The notes below the pieces were generated by a model. That model saw only the letters and a list, made by a program, of their open reading frames with translations, ran no database searches and was not told the origin of the DNA. A program made the translations under genes and the position numbers. DNA of 36,761 bases, from positions 1-36,761 of IMG/VR virus record IMGVR_UViG_3300010366_000009. One strand, 5' to 3'. This stretch comes from a virus. Taxonomy: Duplodnaviria; Caudoviricetes. Below, piece by piece: positions 8,743 through 17,682 of this stretch; position 1 is the stretch's first letter, and every line of letters begins with the position of its first letter.

Positions 8743-10147
8743 GACGACTCCGGATCCCGCGCCGGATCGCCGCGGCGACGTCGGTCCCAAACGTCTTGCC
8801 GGCATCGGGAGGGCCGGCCGGCGGCGCGGGCGGCGTCGCGGGCGTCGGTTTCGCGAACGGATCCGCTTTGTCGCGTTTCGCTAGGGCGTTCAGGGAGTAG
8901 TACTGCTGTTGCACCATCGGCGAGTCCCCGCCCGTCGCCGGCCCGACGCCGTAGTACTTTTTCCGCGCTTCGTTGGGCGACAGCACGCCCGCCGACTTCG
9001 TCGCCGCATCCGCCCGCGTTTTCGTGTCCATCCAGATCAAATCGTCGATGTCGAATTCGGTCCCGTACTGCGTCCCGTCGATCGGCGTCAGCAGGCCCAA
9101 CCCGACGTCTAACGATCGTTCGATCGCCGTCAGGAGTGTCTGTAAACATTGCGAGTAGTACAACTGGACGAGCGGTTCAATGTTGGCGTAGGGCGGCGGG
9201 ACGCCGATCCCGATCATGTAGGGCGCGACGTGGAAACACGCGCACACGTCGTCGGCGGTCCATTTCAATTGGTCGATCAACTGCGCGTCGACCGCCGACA
9301 TGGCCATCGCGTCGTACTTCAACCCGTCGCCCAGGACGGCGATTTTCCCCATGTTGTCGCCGCTGAAATTGTCCCGCCAGTAGGCGGCGAGTCGTTGCGC
9401 CGTCTCGTTCGAAATCGCGCCCGGCGCCAGGAGCACGCCGCCCGGGTGGGATCCGTTGGCGAAAAACGCCGTGGAGTTCGCCTGGATCTTGAGGCCCTGA
9501 TACGCCGCCATGCCGCACGCGTAGATCAGCGACACGCCGACCAACGGGTGATATAGCGCGACCATGGGATCGTGGATGATGTCGTCGGCCGGGACCGTGA
9601 TCGGTTCCGGGAGTTCCGCCAGATAGTCCGTCTGGAGTTCGTAGTACACCGACCCGTCGGGCGCGACCAGACACCGCACGCGTTGCGGGGCCAGGACGTA
9701 GAGTTCGCGCACGACATTGCGATTGTCGCGCGCCTTCAACACGTACGCGTTGCCCCAAATTAATTTCGTGACGATCCACTGTTCGACAAATTTCTGGATC
9801 GTTTGATACGGATTCGGTTTGCGGAGCACGGCGGAAAACGCTGGCGTGGACGTTTCGGTCCAGATCCCGTCGCTCGTTTGCTGCACCAGCCGCAAGCACA
9901 ATTTCCCGATGTCGGACGCGATCAGAGTGATACAGGCGTAGACCGCGAAATACGACAGGACGGAATCGGCGCGGAGCACCATGTTTTGTTGCCACGCGCC
10001 CGTAAACGATTCGCGAATGACGGGCCACCAATACCCCGCCCAGCCGTACCCCGCTTGCCCGATCGGTTGCGCGTTCCCCGGCGGCGTGACGTTGTCGACG
10101 CCCGTCGCTTTCGTGCGCCGCGTAATCGATAGGCCGAACAGATCCAC
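8732..10147 (-). CDS. Portal protein (HK97 family)
   Basis: AVYACITLIASDIGKL, LRKPNPYQT, GNAYV, FFANGSHPGGVL, FHVAPYMIG, LSPNEAR. Confidence 0.95.
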   Translation of the reverse strand: MDLFGLSITRRTKATGVDNVTPPGNAQPIGQAGYGWAGYWWPVIRESFTGAWQQNMVLRADSVLSYFAVYACITLIASDIGKLCLRLVQQTSDGIWTETSTPAFSAVLRKPNPYQTIQKFVEQWIVTKLIWGNAYVLKARDNRNVVRELYVLAPQRVRCLVAPDGSVYYELQTDYLAELPEPITVPADDIIHDPMVALYHPLVGVSLIYACGMAAYQGLKIQANSTAFFANGSHPGGVLLAPGAISNETAQRLAAYWRDNFSGDNMGKIAVLGDGLKYDAMAMSAVDAQLIDQLKWTADDVCACFHVAPYMIGIGVPPPYANIEPLVQLYYSQCLQTLLTAIERSLDVGLGLLTPIDGTQYGTEFDIDDLIWMDTKTRADAATKSAGVLSPNEARKKYYGVGPATGGDSPMVQQQYYSLNALAKRDKADPFAKPTPATPPAPPAGPPDAGKTFGTDVAAAIRRGIRSRHAA

Positions 10148-10150
10148 GCG

Positions 10151-10426
10151 TCAACCCCGATGCGCTTTGCGTGGCTTGGTTTTCGCGGCGTCGACGGTGC
10201 GATCGTCCGACACGATTTTCGCGCGCCCCATCGCGACGATCGTTTCCAAAAACACCTTGTCGGCGTCCGTGCCCGTGATTTGATCGCCTTCATACCATTC
10301 GCCATGGGTCGCAAAGTCCGTCAAATAGGGGACGGTGACTTCGACGGTCAGGCTGGGGACGGGCGGCGGCGGATCGGCGGCGGGCGCGCGATCGGCGTCG
10401 TGGGCCTGGGTGTGATGATGCGTCAT
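10151..10426 (-). CDS. Small head-module protein (91 aa)
   Basis: Between capsid and portal; GGGGGG SD-like sequence; 'MGRAKIV' pattern. Confidence 0.6.
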   Translation of the reverse strand: MTHHHTQAHDADRAPAADPPPPVPSLTVEVTVPYLTDFATHGEWYEGDQITGTDADKVFLETIVAMGRAKIVSDDRTVDAAKTKPRKAHRG

Positions 10427-10450
10427 AGGTTCGCCCCCCTGTCCCGGCTG

Positions 10451-10488
10451 GACGCGCGCCCCCGGGCCTACCCGCCCGGACGCGCGTT
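10451..10488 (-). terminator. GC-rich stem-loop after the capsid gene (partial terminator or mRNA stabiliser)
   Basis: ACGCGCG-TCCGGG ... CCCGGG-GCGCGCGT inverted repeat; no clear U-tract. Confidence 0.45.
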
Positions 10489-10497
10489 CCTCACCCC

Positions 10498-12396
10498 TTA
10501 CGCGACGTAGGTCTGTTGCGTGTACTGGACCGTGCCCGCTCGGGCGCGTTTCCAGTTGATAAACCGATCGGCCCGCAGGCCGACCAGATTGTTCTGCCAG
10601 AGCGACGTCAGGATCGTCGTCGCCAACGCGGGATTGTCGGGCGCCGAATCCATTTGGACCGACGCTTCCCGCGACACGTCGATTTCGACGCCGCCGTCGT
10701 CGGCCATCAGGATCCCTTCGCCGTTGACCATGATCACGTTGTTGCCGACCGCCTGCGACGGAATCACCCGATACCCCATGACGATCCCGCCGGTCGGGGT
10801 CATGTCAGGGAACAACGGTTGCCCCAGGTTGTTCAGGGCGGACGTCAACGCGAGCGCGTTGGTTTCCGACATGATCAGCACGGCGCGCGCCGTCGAAATG
10901 TAATTCGGGGCGCCCAGCATCGCCGACGCCAACGCCTGGATGTCGGTCCGGGCGTTACTGGGCGTCGTGCCGGCCGACGTGATCGGCGTCAGGCCATTCG
11001 TGATCGACGCGGGCGACACGTTGGCGACCGCCGCTTTCGTCGGGTCGGTGAACGCGACGTCCAGGAATTGCGCGATCCCCGCGATCATGTCGGCGCGGAT
11101 GACTTCCTCCGCCGACGGCGTCGACACGCGCGCGAGTTCTTCGGAGATCACGATAATCCCCGTGCATTTGGCGATGCCCAGCGTCGTCGCCGAAAACGCC
11201 AGCTTCGACACGGGCTTCGGCGCCCCTTCCCCGACCCACGAATACGACCCGCCGCCCGTCTGTTGCGGGACCGACACGTTGAACGGGACTTGTCGCAGGG
11301 TGCCGATCTTGCCGATCACGGTCGCGGGGCGCAGTAACGCCATGAATTCCGACGCCAGGGGCGTCAGGGGCGCCAGCGGACCCGCCCAGGTCGCGTCGGT
11401 CGTCGTGCCGGCGGCGACCGCCGCTTTGATCGCTAGTTCGACTTCGGGGGTTGAGTCCCGCCACTGTTTGGCGATTTCTGCCGCCTGCATCAGATTGCCG
11501 CGCGCGATCGCGATGGCGCGGACGTAGCGAATGAACCCGGTCGCGGGCGGGACGGTCGATTTGACGCTAATCCGCGGCGACGCGCCGCGCGCGTTGGCGC
11601 CGTCGGTCGGGTCGGTGCCGGTGACGGGGACGGCGGCGGCGAGATTGGCCTGTTCGGTCGCGCGCAAGCGGACCAAATGCGCGTCGATCCCTTTGATGTC
11701 TGCCGCCAGGGTGTCGAATTCGTCCGCCTGGGCGCCGTCCAGGGTGACGCCCGCGTCGGTCGCGGTCGCCATCAAGTCGACTTGCCGTGCCGCTTTCGCG
11801 GCGCGCGTCGCTTCCCAGGTCTTGATCTGGTCGCCGTACTTGTTCACAGCCGTACTCCGAATCGCGCGCACGACGCGCGCCGACGGTCCTACATCGCTAG
11901 GAAGGGATTCACGGGCGCCCAACGCGGCGCGGTCCAGGGATTTGATCGTGTCGATCGTCGCGCCCGCGTTCGCCGGAATCGTCACCAACGACAATTCCAG
12001 GACTTCGGTTTTCAGGAACCGAAACGCTTGCGTGTCGGTCATGTAGGTTTCTTCGATCGCGCGGAACCCGATCGACACGGCGGCGAGTAACCCCGTAGTG
12101 ATCGATTGCCACGCTTCATCGATCCGGTCTTTCAGGGTGCCCGGGTCGTCGATCGACGGCAACGTCGCTTCGAAGTCCAGCCCGTCGGCGGTCGGCGGGA
12201 AGAACCGCACCGACCCGACGGGGCGTTTGGTGTCGTGGTAGAGCAGCAGCGGGACGGGATTTTTGAACGTGATCCCCAGGGGTTCGACGATGTCGCCCAG
12301 GCGGTCGGGTTCGGGCGTCGACGCTGTCCCCGTGATCGTCCGCGTGTCCGGGTCCGCACGTTTCACGCGCAACACCGAATAGGCGCGGGTCAGCAT
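10498..12396 (-). CDS. Fused prohead protease and HK97-fold major capsid protein (632 aa)
   Basis: Protease motifs DRLGDIV, LLYHD, VSIGF, ELSLVTIPAN, followed by a coiled-coil delta domain and capsid motifs WVGEGAPKP, ISEEL, LWQNNLVGLRA. Confidence 0.95.
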   Translation of the reverse strand: MLTRAYSVLRVKRADPDTRTITGTASTPEPDRLGDIVEPLGITFKNPVPLLLYHDTKRPVGSVRFFPPTADGLDFEATLPSIDDPGTLKDRIDEAWQSITTGLLAAVSIGFRAIEETYMTDTQAFRFLKTEVLELSLVTIPANAGATIDTIKSLDRAALGARESLPSDVGPSARVVRAIRSTAVNKYGDQIKTWEATRAAKAARQVDLMATATDAGVTLDGAQADEFDTLAADIKGIDAHLVRLRATEQANLAAAVPVTGTDPTDGANARGASPRISVKSTVPPATGFIRYVRAIAIARGNLMQAAEIAKQWRDSTPEVELAIKAAVAAGTTTDATWAGPLAPLTPLASEFMALLRPATVIGKIGTLRQVPFNVSVPQQTGGGSYSWVGEGAPKPVSKLAFSATTLGIAKCTGIIVISEELARVSTPSAEEVIRADMIAGIAQFLDVAFTDPTKAAVANVSPASITNGLTPITSAGTTPSNARTDIQALASAMLGAPNYISTARAVLIMSETNALALTSALNNLGQPLFPDMTPTGGIVMGYRVIPSQAVGNNVIMVNGEGILMADDGGVEIDVSREASVQMDSAPDNPALATTILTSLWQNNLVGLRADRFINWKRARAGTVQYTQQTYVA

Positions 12397-12463
12397 GGCG
12401 CGAGTATGCGCCCGGTCGATCGGTACTGTACGCCAAAGCCCCGATTCGGGGGGTTACGTTGAC

Positions 12464-12676
12464 CTATTTGCCGCCGCCATCGCCGTGCGGGACCACGCGC
12501 CGATCTTCGACGCGTTCGTCGATCAGTTCGCGGACGACGTCGGAAATCCCCGTCCCGTTGGCGTCGGCCACGCGGACCAGTTCCAAGCGTTGTGCGGGCG
12601 TGACGCGCACGACGAGGCGCGCCGACGCGGGTATCCCATAAATCGGTGGACGTCCCGGGGATCGTTTGTCGGTCAT
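12464..12676 (-). CDS. Ribbon-helix-helix (CopG/Arc-like) DNA-binding protein (70 aa)
   Basis: PGRPP, beta strand RLVVRVT, then helices ending ISDVVRELI; SD GGAAGGGGGAG; ATGA overlap with terL. Confidence 0.7.
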   Translation of the reverse strand: MTDKRSPGRPPIYGIPASARLVVRVTPAQRLELVRVADANGTGISDVVRELIDERVEDRRVVPHGDGGGK

Positions 12677-14463
12677 GGACTCCCCCTTCCGCCCCCAATC
12701 ACCACGATCTGATACTCCGGGTCGCGCGGTTTCGGGACCGCGTGCGCCCGTTCGCCCATGATCAACGCGACCGCGCCGTCGATCCGTTTCGCGGGGTTCT
12801 TCGGTTTGACCGGCCGGATCCGCCCCGCGTCGTCGGTCTTGATCGCAATGTGTTCCCAATTCCAGCGCAACACCCGATGCCCGTCATGGACGATCCGCCG
12901 CCCCTTGATCAACGCTTCGACGATCTGGGACGGTTCGGAAAACATTTTGTAATTCTGCAACACTTCGACGACCTGCAACCCGCCGCGGTCGCGTAAATTG
13001 GTCGCCAAGTCCGTCGCAAACGCGGGGTCGTACCCGATGGTCCCACGTTTCAGGGCGGGATAGCGCGGGACAATCTTCGTCGTGATGTCGTGATAGATGC
13101 GCGAGTAGTCGATCACGTCGCCGTCGGTCGCCGTAATCAACCCCTGTTCCGCCCAAATCGAGTAGGGGACGCCGTCGGTTTTCTCATGCTGGCGTAACGT
13201 GTTGGCGGGAATCCAGAAGAACGGTTTGACGATTAGATCGTAGTTCAGTTCGACGCGCGCGGACTCGAGTACGCCCGTCTCCGGGTTTTCGGTGACGACG
13301 TCGACCAGGAGCACACGTTCCAAGTAGCGGCGGAACACGACGACGAACGCCGCCAAGTCCCATTTTTGCGCCAAGTCCAACCCCGCCGCGGCGTCCAGGC
13401 CGACGACGTCGGCGTCGGCGATCGCGGGGACGGCGCACGCGTCCCACCAGTCGATCGGAATCCAGGCGGTCGCTTGATTGGTCCAGCGGTTCAAGTGGTA
13501 GCGTTCGAAATCGTTCCGCTTGCGGGGTTCGGCGCCGGCTTCCCGCGCTTCCTCCGCGATCGTGTCGTGTTTGATCGTGATCCCGTGTCCGGGGTTGACG
13601 CGCGCCCACACGGCCGGGTCGTCGAAGCGGTCCCCTTTCGTCGCTTCGAAGACGACGGGCAACGTCGCGTCCAGGTCGGCGACGTTGCCCGATAGGACCC
13701 GTTTGGCTAGTTCGTATTCTTCGAAACAAATCCCTTCGTCGTCGTCGCCCGCGTGCGTGATCATGATCAACAACGGTTGATCGCGTTTCGCCATCGATTT
13801 CCGCAACGCTTCATACAGGTCGCGATTCCGTTGGGCGTGGAGTTCGTCAAAAATGATCCCGTGCGGGCGGAACCCGTGCGCCGTCGACGCGTCCGACGAC
13901 AACGCCGTCAACGTCGAATGGATCGCCGGCCACGTGATCGCGTTCTTCACGATCGCGCACCCCTCCGACAGATCGGGCGACCCTTCGACCATGATTTTCG
14001 CGTTTTCGTGGACAATGCGCGCCTGATTCCGATCGGCGGCGACGGCGTAGACTTCGGCGGCGGGTTCGCCGTCGTAGCGCGCGAGATAGATCCCCAGGCC
14101 CGCGCCTAATGGCGATTTCCCGTACCCCTTCGGACAAAACGCAAACACTTTGCGAAACCGACGCAACCCGTCCGCCGCCCGCCGCCAACCAAACGTCGGC
14201 CGCACGATCAATAACGCTTGATCGTCGCGCAACTGAAACGGTCGGCCGGCAAACGCGCCGATATGGTGTCGCAGAAACAACGGGAAGAACGCTTCCGCGC
14301 GATCAGCTTTCGCGGCGTCGAAGTAGTACCGCCCCGCGTGCGTTTCCCAGCGGTCGCGCCGCGTCGACCACGTCGCGTCAAAGGGAATCGTGACTCCAGG
14401 CCACCGATCGACGGGCGCGCGTCCCGCCCCATACCACGGACGCGGGGCGCGGGACTTCGGCAT
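12673..14463 (-). CDS. terL: Terminase large subunit
   Basis: Walker A PKGYGKS, Walker B IIFDELH, WARVNPG, nuclease motifs GLDLA, GYDP, IDGAVA. Confidence 0.96.
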   Translation of the reverse strand: MPKSRAPRPWYGAGRAPVDRWPGVTIPFDATWSTRRDRWETHAGRYYFDAAKADRAEAFFPLFLRHHIGAFAGRPFQLRDDQALLIVRPTFGWRRAADGLRRFRKVFAFCPKGYGKSPLGAGLGIYLARYDGEPAAEVYAVAADRNQARIVHENAKIMVEGSPDLSEGCAIVKNAITWPAIHSTLTALSSDASTAHGFRPHGIIFDELHAQRNRDLYEALRKSMAKRDQPLLIMITHAGDDDEGICFEEYELAKRVLSGNVADLDATLPVVFEATKGDRFDDPAVWARVNPGHGITIKHDTIAEEAREAGAEPRKRNDFERYHLNRWTNQATAWIPIDWWDACAVPAIADADVVGLDAAAGLDLAQKWDLAAFVVVFRRYLERVLLVDVVTENPETGVLESARVELNYDLIVKPFFWIPANTLRQHEKTDGVPYSIWAEQGLITATDGDVIDYSRIYHDITTKIVPRYPALKRGTIGYDPAFATDLATNLRDRGGLQVVEVLQNYKMFSEPSQIVEALIKGRRIVHDGHRVLRWNWEHIAIKTDDAGRIRPVKPKNPAKRIDGAVALIMGERAHAVPKPRDPEYQIVVIGGGRGSP

Positions 14464-14468
14464 CGGCG

Positions 14469-14732
14469 TCAGTCAATCAATTCCGGTTCGATCGTGTACG
14501 CCGTCAGCGGACGATTCGGTTTCCCGTCCAGGCGCCACGGGCGGACCGTCGATCGCGCCTTCCAGGTTTCCATCAGCGACGCCAGATCCGGAAACACCAG
14601 GGCGTCGTCGGGATTGCGCGTCAACCGCGCCAACCCGATCCCGCCCGCGAAATCAACATCGATCGACAGGAGGTATTGCGGCGGATGGTAGAACCCGTGA
14701 CGGTCCGCGATGATCTTGATCCGGTACGGCAT
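14469..14732 (-). CDS. Hypothetical phage protein
   Basis: Tightly packed ORF; C-terminal DGKPNRPLTAY. Confidence 0.65.
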   Translation of the reverse strand: MPYRIKIIADRHGFYHPPQYLLSIDVDFAGGIGLARLTRNPDDALVFPDLASLMETWKARSTVRPWRLDGKPNRPLTAYTIEPELID

Positions 14733-14738
14733 CGGCGG

Positions 14739-15146
14739 TTACCCGTGGATTAAGGGACCCACCAGAATCGGCGGCGGCGTCGGAATCGGGATTGTGGTAT
14801 GCCGCCACAAATGCAGAACGTTTGGATGGACGTTCACGTACTCCGATCGACGCGGATGTAACTGCATGACGACGGCGTCCCCGTCCCAGAATTGATCCTT
14901 CACAAACGCCATTTCCCGCCACGTCGGGATCCGGGATTGCCGCCCGCGGTACGCCTGAACCGACACGTGTTCCCACCCCCGCGCGATCGCTAAATGGGTT
15001 CCATCGCTCGCAATGATCAACAAACGCCAGCCCGGTTCGACGCTGTCCAGATCAAACGCGCCGTTGTTGCCGTCCGCCGCCGACGATCCCATCGTCGGAT
15101 GATCGTGAATCCGATGGCGTTCGGGGACGTGGAACAAATCGCCCAT
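14739..15146 (-). CDS. Conserved hypothetical phage protein
   Basis: GWEHVSV...PTWREMAFVKDQFW...QLHP..SEYVNVHPNVLHLW motif set seen in phage proteins of unknown function. Confidence 0.75.
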   Translation of the reverse strand: MGDLFHVPERHRIHDHPTMGSSAADGNNGAFDLDSVEPGWRLLIIASDGTHLAIARGWEHVSVQAYRGRQSRIPTWREMAFVKDQFWDGDAVVMQLHPRRSEYVNVHPNVLHLWRHTTIPIPTPPPILVGPLIHG

Positions 15147-15148
15147 GG

Positions 15149-15552
15149 TTATGTCCTGACGTAACACTTCCGCGACGGGTCGTACTGCATCTTCAGCCTC
15201 CCTTTTCAATCACCGATCATCAGCAGGATCACCCGGCCGTGTCGTTCCTCCGCGGCGACGACGCCGGTCGTCCGATCGATGTACTTCCGCCCGTCGGCGT
15301 CGAGGCGGTACAGCCCGACGACGCCGCGGTCCGTGTCGACGTAGTAGCACCGCGACGTGACGTCGACGTCATCCAGGAACACCCGCGCCCGCGCAGCGCG
15401 CTCTTGATCCTGCTCAAAGCGAGCGTCGATGATCGTCATCGCGGTTCCATCGGTTCGGGCTTCCCAGTGCAAGTGATCGCGATTGATAAACCCATACACG
15501 CGCGCAGCATGTCCGCGATCCACTGTTGCCGTGTGTCGGCGAACCAGTTCAC
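15149..15552 (-). pseudogene. Remnant of a BrxR/CapW-type winged-HTH gene, frameshifted and interrupted
   Basis: GTG 15552 gives MNWFADTRQQWIADMLR, then after a 2-nt shift VYGFINRDHL; C-terminal piece MQYDPSRKCYVRT* at 15190-15149; the middle is occupied by another ORF. Confidence 0.55.
15206..15439 (-). CDS. Hypothetical protein (77 aa)
   Basis: RVFLDDVDVTSRCYYVDTDRGVV...GRV; coherent small beta protein. Confidence 0.6.
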   Translation of the reverse strand: MTIIDARFEQDQERAARARVFLDDVDVTSRCYYVDTDRGVVGLYRLDADGRKYIDRTTGVVAAEERHGRVILLMIGD

Positions 15553-16031
15553 CCGCGCCCCGTGTCGAAGAACTTCGCCCGCGCCGTGTCGACCGCCGCG
15601 CGCGTCGATCCCGGCCCATTGACGACGACCCGGGACCGTGACGTCGGCGAGAATCCCAATTGATCGTCGACACGCATCAACAACTGAAGGGTCTTGTTCG
15701 CCATGCCGCGGACGGGGTTAGGTTGCCGGTACCCCTTCCCCAGCCGGACGACATGCGTCCCGGCCGCGGCGTCCGCCAGTTGCGATCGCCACGTCGCCCA
15801 GAGTTCACAATGGGCGATCGCCAACGTCCGGTCGGCGATCGTGACGATCCCGATCTTGATCGCGGGCACGATCGCCCGCGTCCATTCCGCGCGCGCAACG
15901 GGGTCGGTGAGTTCATTGGGGATCGCCACGTCCAACGCGTCGGGCGTCGGTTCGCGCCGGTTCAACGGACGTTTGCCCGGGTTGCCTCTGAGAATCTTGA
16001 GCGCCGTAGGGGTCGGACGGGGGGACGGCAT
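15549..16031 (-). CDS. terS: Terminase small subunit, P27 family
   Basis: PRPTPTALKILRGNPGKR, ARAEW, NPVRGMAN, LGFSPTSRSR. Confidence 0.93.
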   Translation of the reverse strand: MPSPRPTPTALKILRGNPGKRPLNRREPTPDALDVAIPNELTDPVARAEWTRAIVPAIKIGIVTIADRTLAIAHCELWATWRSQLADAAAGTHVVRLGKGYRQPNPVRGMANKTLQLLMRVDDQLGFSPTSRSRVVVNGPGSTRAAVDTARAKFFDTGRG

Positions 16032-16179
16032 GGGGTGTCCTTACGGTTGCAACGACGTCGCGACCAGGACAACGCGCGGTCGCGATCCAGTGGATGGGAT
16101 GTTACCCAGACGACAGACTGCGGTCATGCACGGCAAGCGACCCATGCGGTTTGGGACGGCGATCGGATCAAACATTCGT
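16032..16179. other. Probable cos/packaging-initiation region
   Basis: Non-coding gap between the HNH gene and terS, where cos lies in HK97-like phages; exact cut site not identifiable. Confidence 0.45.
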
Positions 16180-16551
16180 CTACCCCCCAGACCCGCCGCC
16201 ACGGCGCCGCGCGTGTCGACGACGATGATCAATTGTCGACTTCGTTTGGTGACAGCGTCCGCACAACGCTTGTAAGTTCGACCACTGCAACCGCCTGGGG
16301 TCGGCGACCGATTCGAAGGGGACCACATGGTCCACATCGGTCGCCGCCGTGATACGACCGACCCGTCGGCAGTGTTCGCAGAGCGGATGCACCTGGAGAT
16401 AGCGTACGCGCAGTCGTTGCCACGGTTCGTCGTAGCCGCGGGCGGTCCGTGAGCCACGTTGGGCGTCCCGGACGCGGTCGCAGATCGGGCACGGACCACG
16501 CCCCGTTAGGACATGATTGCGGGCGCACAGACGGCGCGGGGCGGTCGGCAT
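16180..16551 (-). CDS. Packaging-associated HNH endonuclease (HK97 gp74-like)
   Basis: RGYDEPWQRLR..YLQVHPLCEHC...VDHVVP...NLQALCGRCH; upstream of terS. Confidence 0.9.
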   Translation of the reverse strand: MPTAPRRLCARNHVLTGRGPCPICDRVRDAQRGSRTARGYDEPWQRLRVRYLQVHPLCEHCRRVGRITAATDVDHVVPFESVADPRRLQWSNLQALCGRCHQTKSTIDHRRRHARRRGGGSGG

Positions 16552-16654
16552 GGCGAAATTATTGCCCCTGTCTCAGGACCCCTCCCCGGGGATCTGATTG
16601 ATATTTTGTGTTCCGCCGCGGGCGGGCGTCGCGGATCCAGCCCCCCGTCATTTC

Positions 16655-16984
16655 CTACCGCCACGGTTGCCAGACGGCGGCGAATCGTCCCGCCGCCCAA
16701 TCCGCCGACAGGCGCGACGCCGACGTCCAGACATAGCGGGCGACGTCGGGATTGTGCCCGGTCCGGACGACGTGCCACAGATCCAGATCGTCAGGCGAGA
16801 ACCCGTCAAACGATCCCGACTCGAATAGCAGTGTCACCCCCTGTCCGCCGCGGGCGTCAAACCCGCGGCGGTCGTAGACTTCGACGACGACGGCGATCGC
16901 GTGCGGGGCGTTGTCCAAGACCGCGCGCCCCACGGTCACGACGTCGCCGACGCGCAACGGACGGGACGGGGCGTTTGTGGTCAT
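16655..16984 (-). CDS. Hypothetical protein (109 aa)
   Basis: ATGA-coupled ORF; LRVGDVV..VVEVY..LLFESGSFDGFS. Confidence 0.65.
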   Translation of the reverse strand: MTTNAPSRPLRVGDVVTVGRAVLDNAPHAIAVVVEVYDRRGFDARGGQGVTLLFESGSFDGFSPDDLDLWHVVRTGHNPDVARYVWTSASRLSADWAAGRFAAVWQPWR

Positions 16985-17202
16985 ACGTCCTGCTGTCGAT
17001 TGTAGCGGTCGGCGCGGGCGACCGCGCGCAACACGATCGCGTCCAACGATGCCGCAATCTGCCGCGCCGTGGCAGACGTCACTTCCTGGGCGACGACGAT
17101 CAACGCCAGGACGACGACCAGGGCGACCCGTGATCCCGTGTAGACGGCGCCCAGCAAGACGACGATCACGACCAGTCGAACGCCATATAGGATCGCGATC
17201 AT
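16981..17202 (-). CDS. Small membrane protein (73 aa)
   Basis: MIAILYGVRLVVIVVLLGAVYTGSRVALVVVLALIVVA: two hydrophobic segments. Confidence 0.55.
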   Translation of the reverse strand: MIAILYGVRLVVIVVLLGAVYTGSRVALVVVLALIVVAQEVTSATARQIAASLDAIVLRAVARADRYNRQQDV

Positions 17203-17203
17203 G

Positions 17204-17443
17204 TTACGCCCGTTTTCCCAGGAAGCGGGCCGACAACCAATTGATCGTCGCTTCCTGCATTTTCGGATCGGCGTCGGCGAACACGTCGACGAAATCGCGC
17301 AACGCGCGCACGAACGGATCGTTGACACGCGGTCGCCGTCGTGGCCGACGGTCCGCGTCCAGGACGGCGCGGACCTGTTCGCAGTGATCCTCTAGCGTCG
17401 CATCGTCGACACCCCGTCGCGGGGCGTGGGGATCGTCCGTCAT
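17204..17443 (-). CDS. Hypothetical protein (79 aa)
   Basis: ATGA overlap, GGGG SD-like sequence. Confidence 0.5.
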   Translation of the reverse strand: MTDDPHAPRRGVDDATLEDHCEQVRAVLDADRRPRRRPRVNDPFVRALRDFVDVFADADPKMQEATINWLSARFLGKRA

Positions 17444-17664
17444 ACGATCCCCGCCGCGGGCGATGCGCCGATGTAGACATGGAACGAATAGCAGTCGTTC
17501 CGACACCCGACCAGATCGATCCCGCCCTGCGCATTCGCCTGAATCGGTTGATGGTTGTCGATCGCGGATTCCAGCCGGAGTCGGAGTTCCTCCAGCAGCG
17601 CGTCCACGACGGCGGGCGACAACGCGCGCCCGTTGAAATTGATCGTCCGGTCGTTGGTGTGCAT
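17440..17664 (-). CDS. Hypothetical protein (74 aa)
   Basis: AAAGGGA SD; tight packing. Confidence 0.55.
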   Translation of the reverse strand: MHTNDRTINFNGRALSPAVVDALLEELRLRLESAIDNHQPIQANAQGGIDLVGCRNDCYSFHVYIGASPAAGIV

Positions 17665-17682
17665 CAGTCACGTCCCTTTCTT

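Noticed and set aside
8732-12396. Portal placed after capsid, and protease-capsid fusion, as novel
   Set aside because: This arrangement is already known in a subset of HK97-like phages
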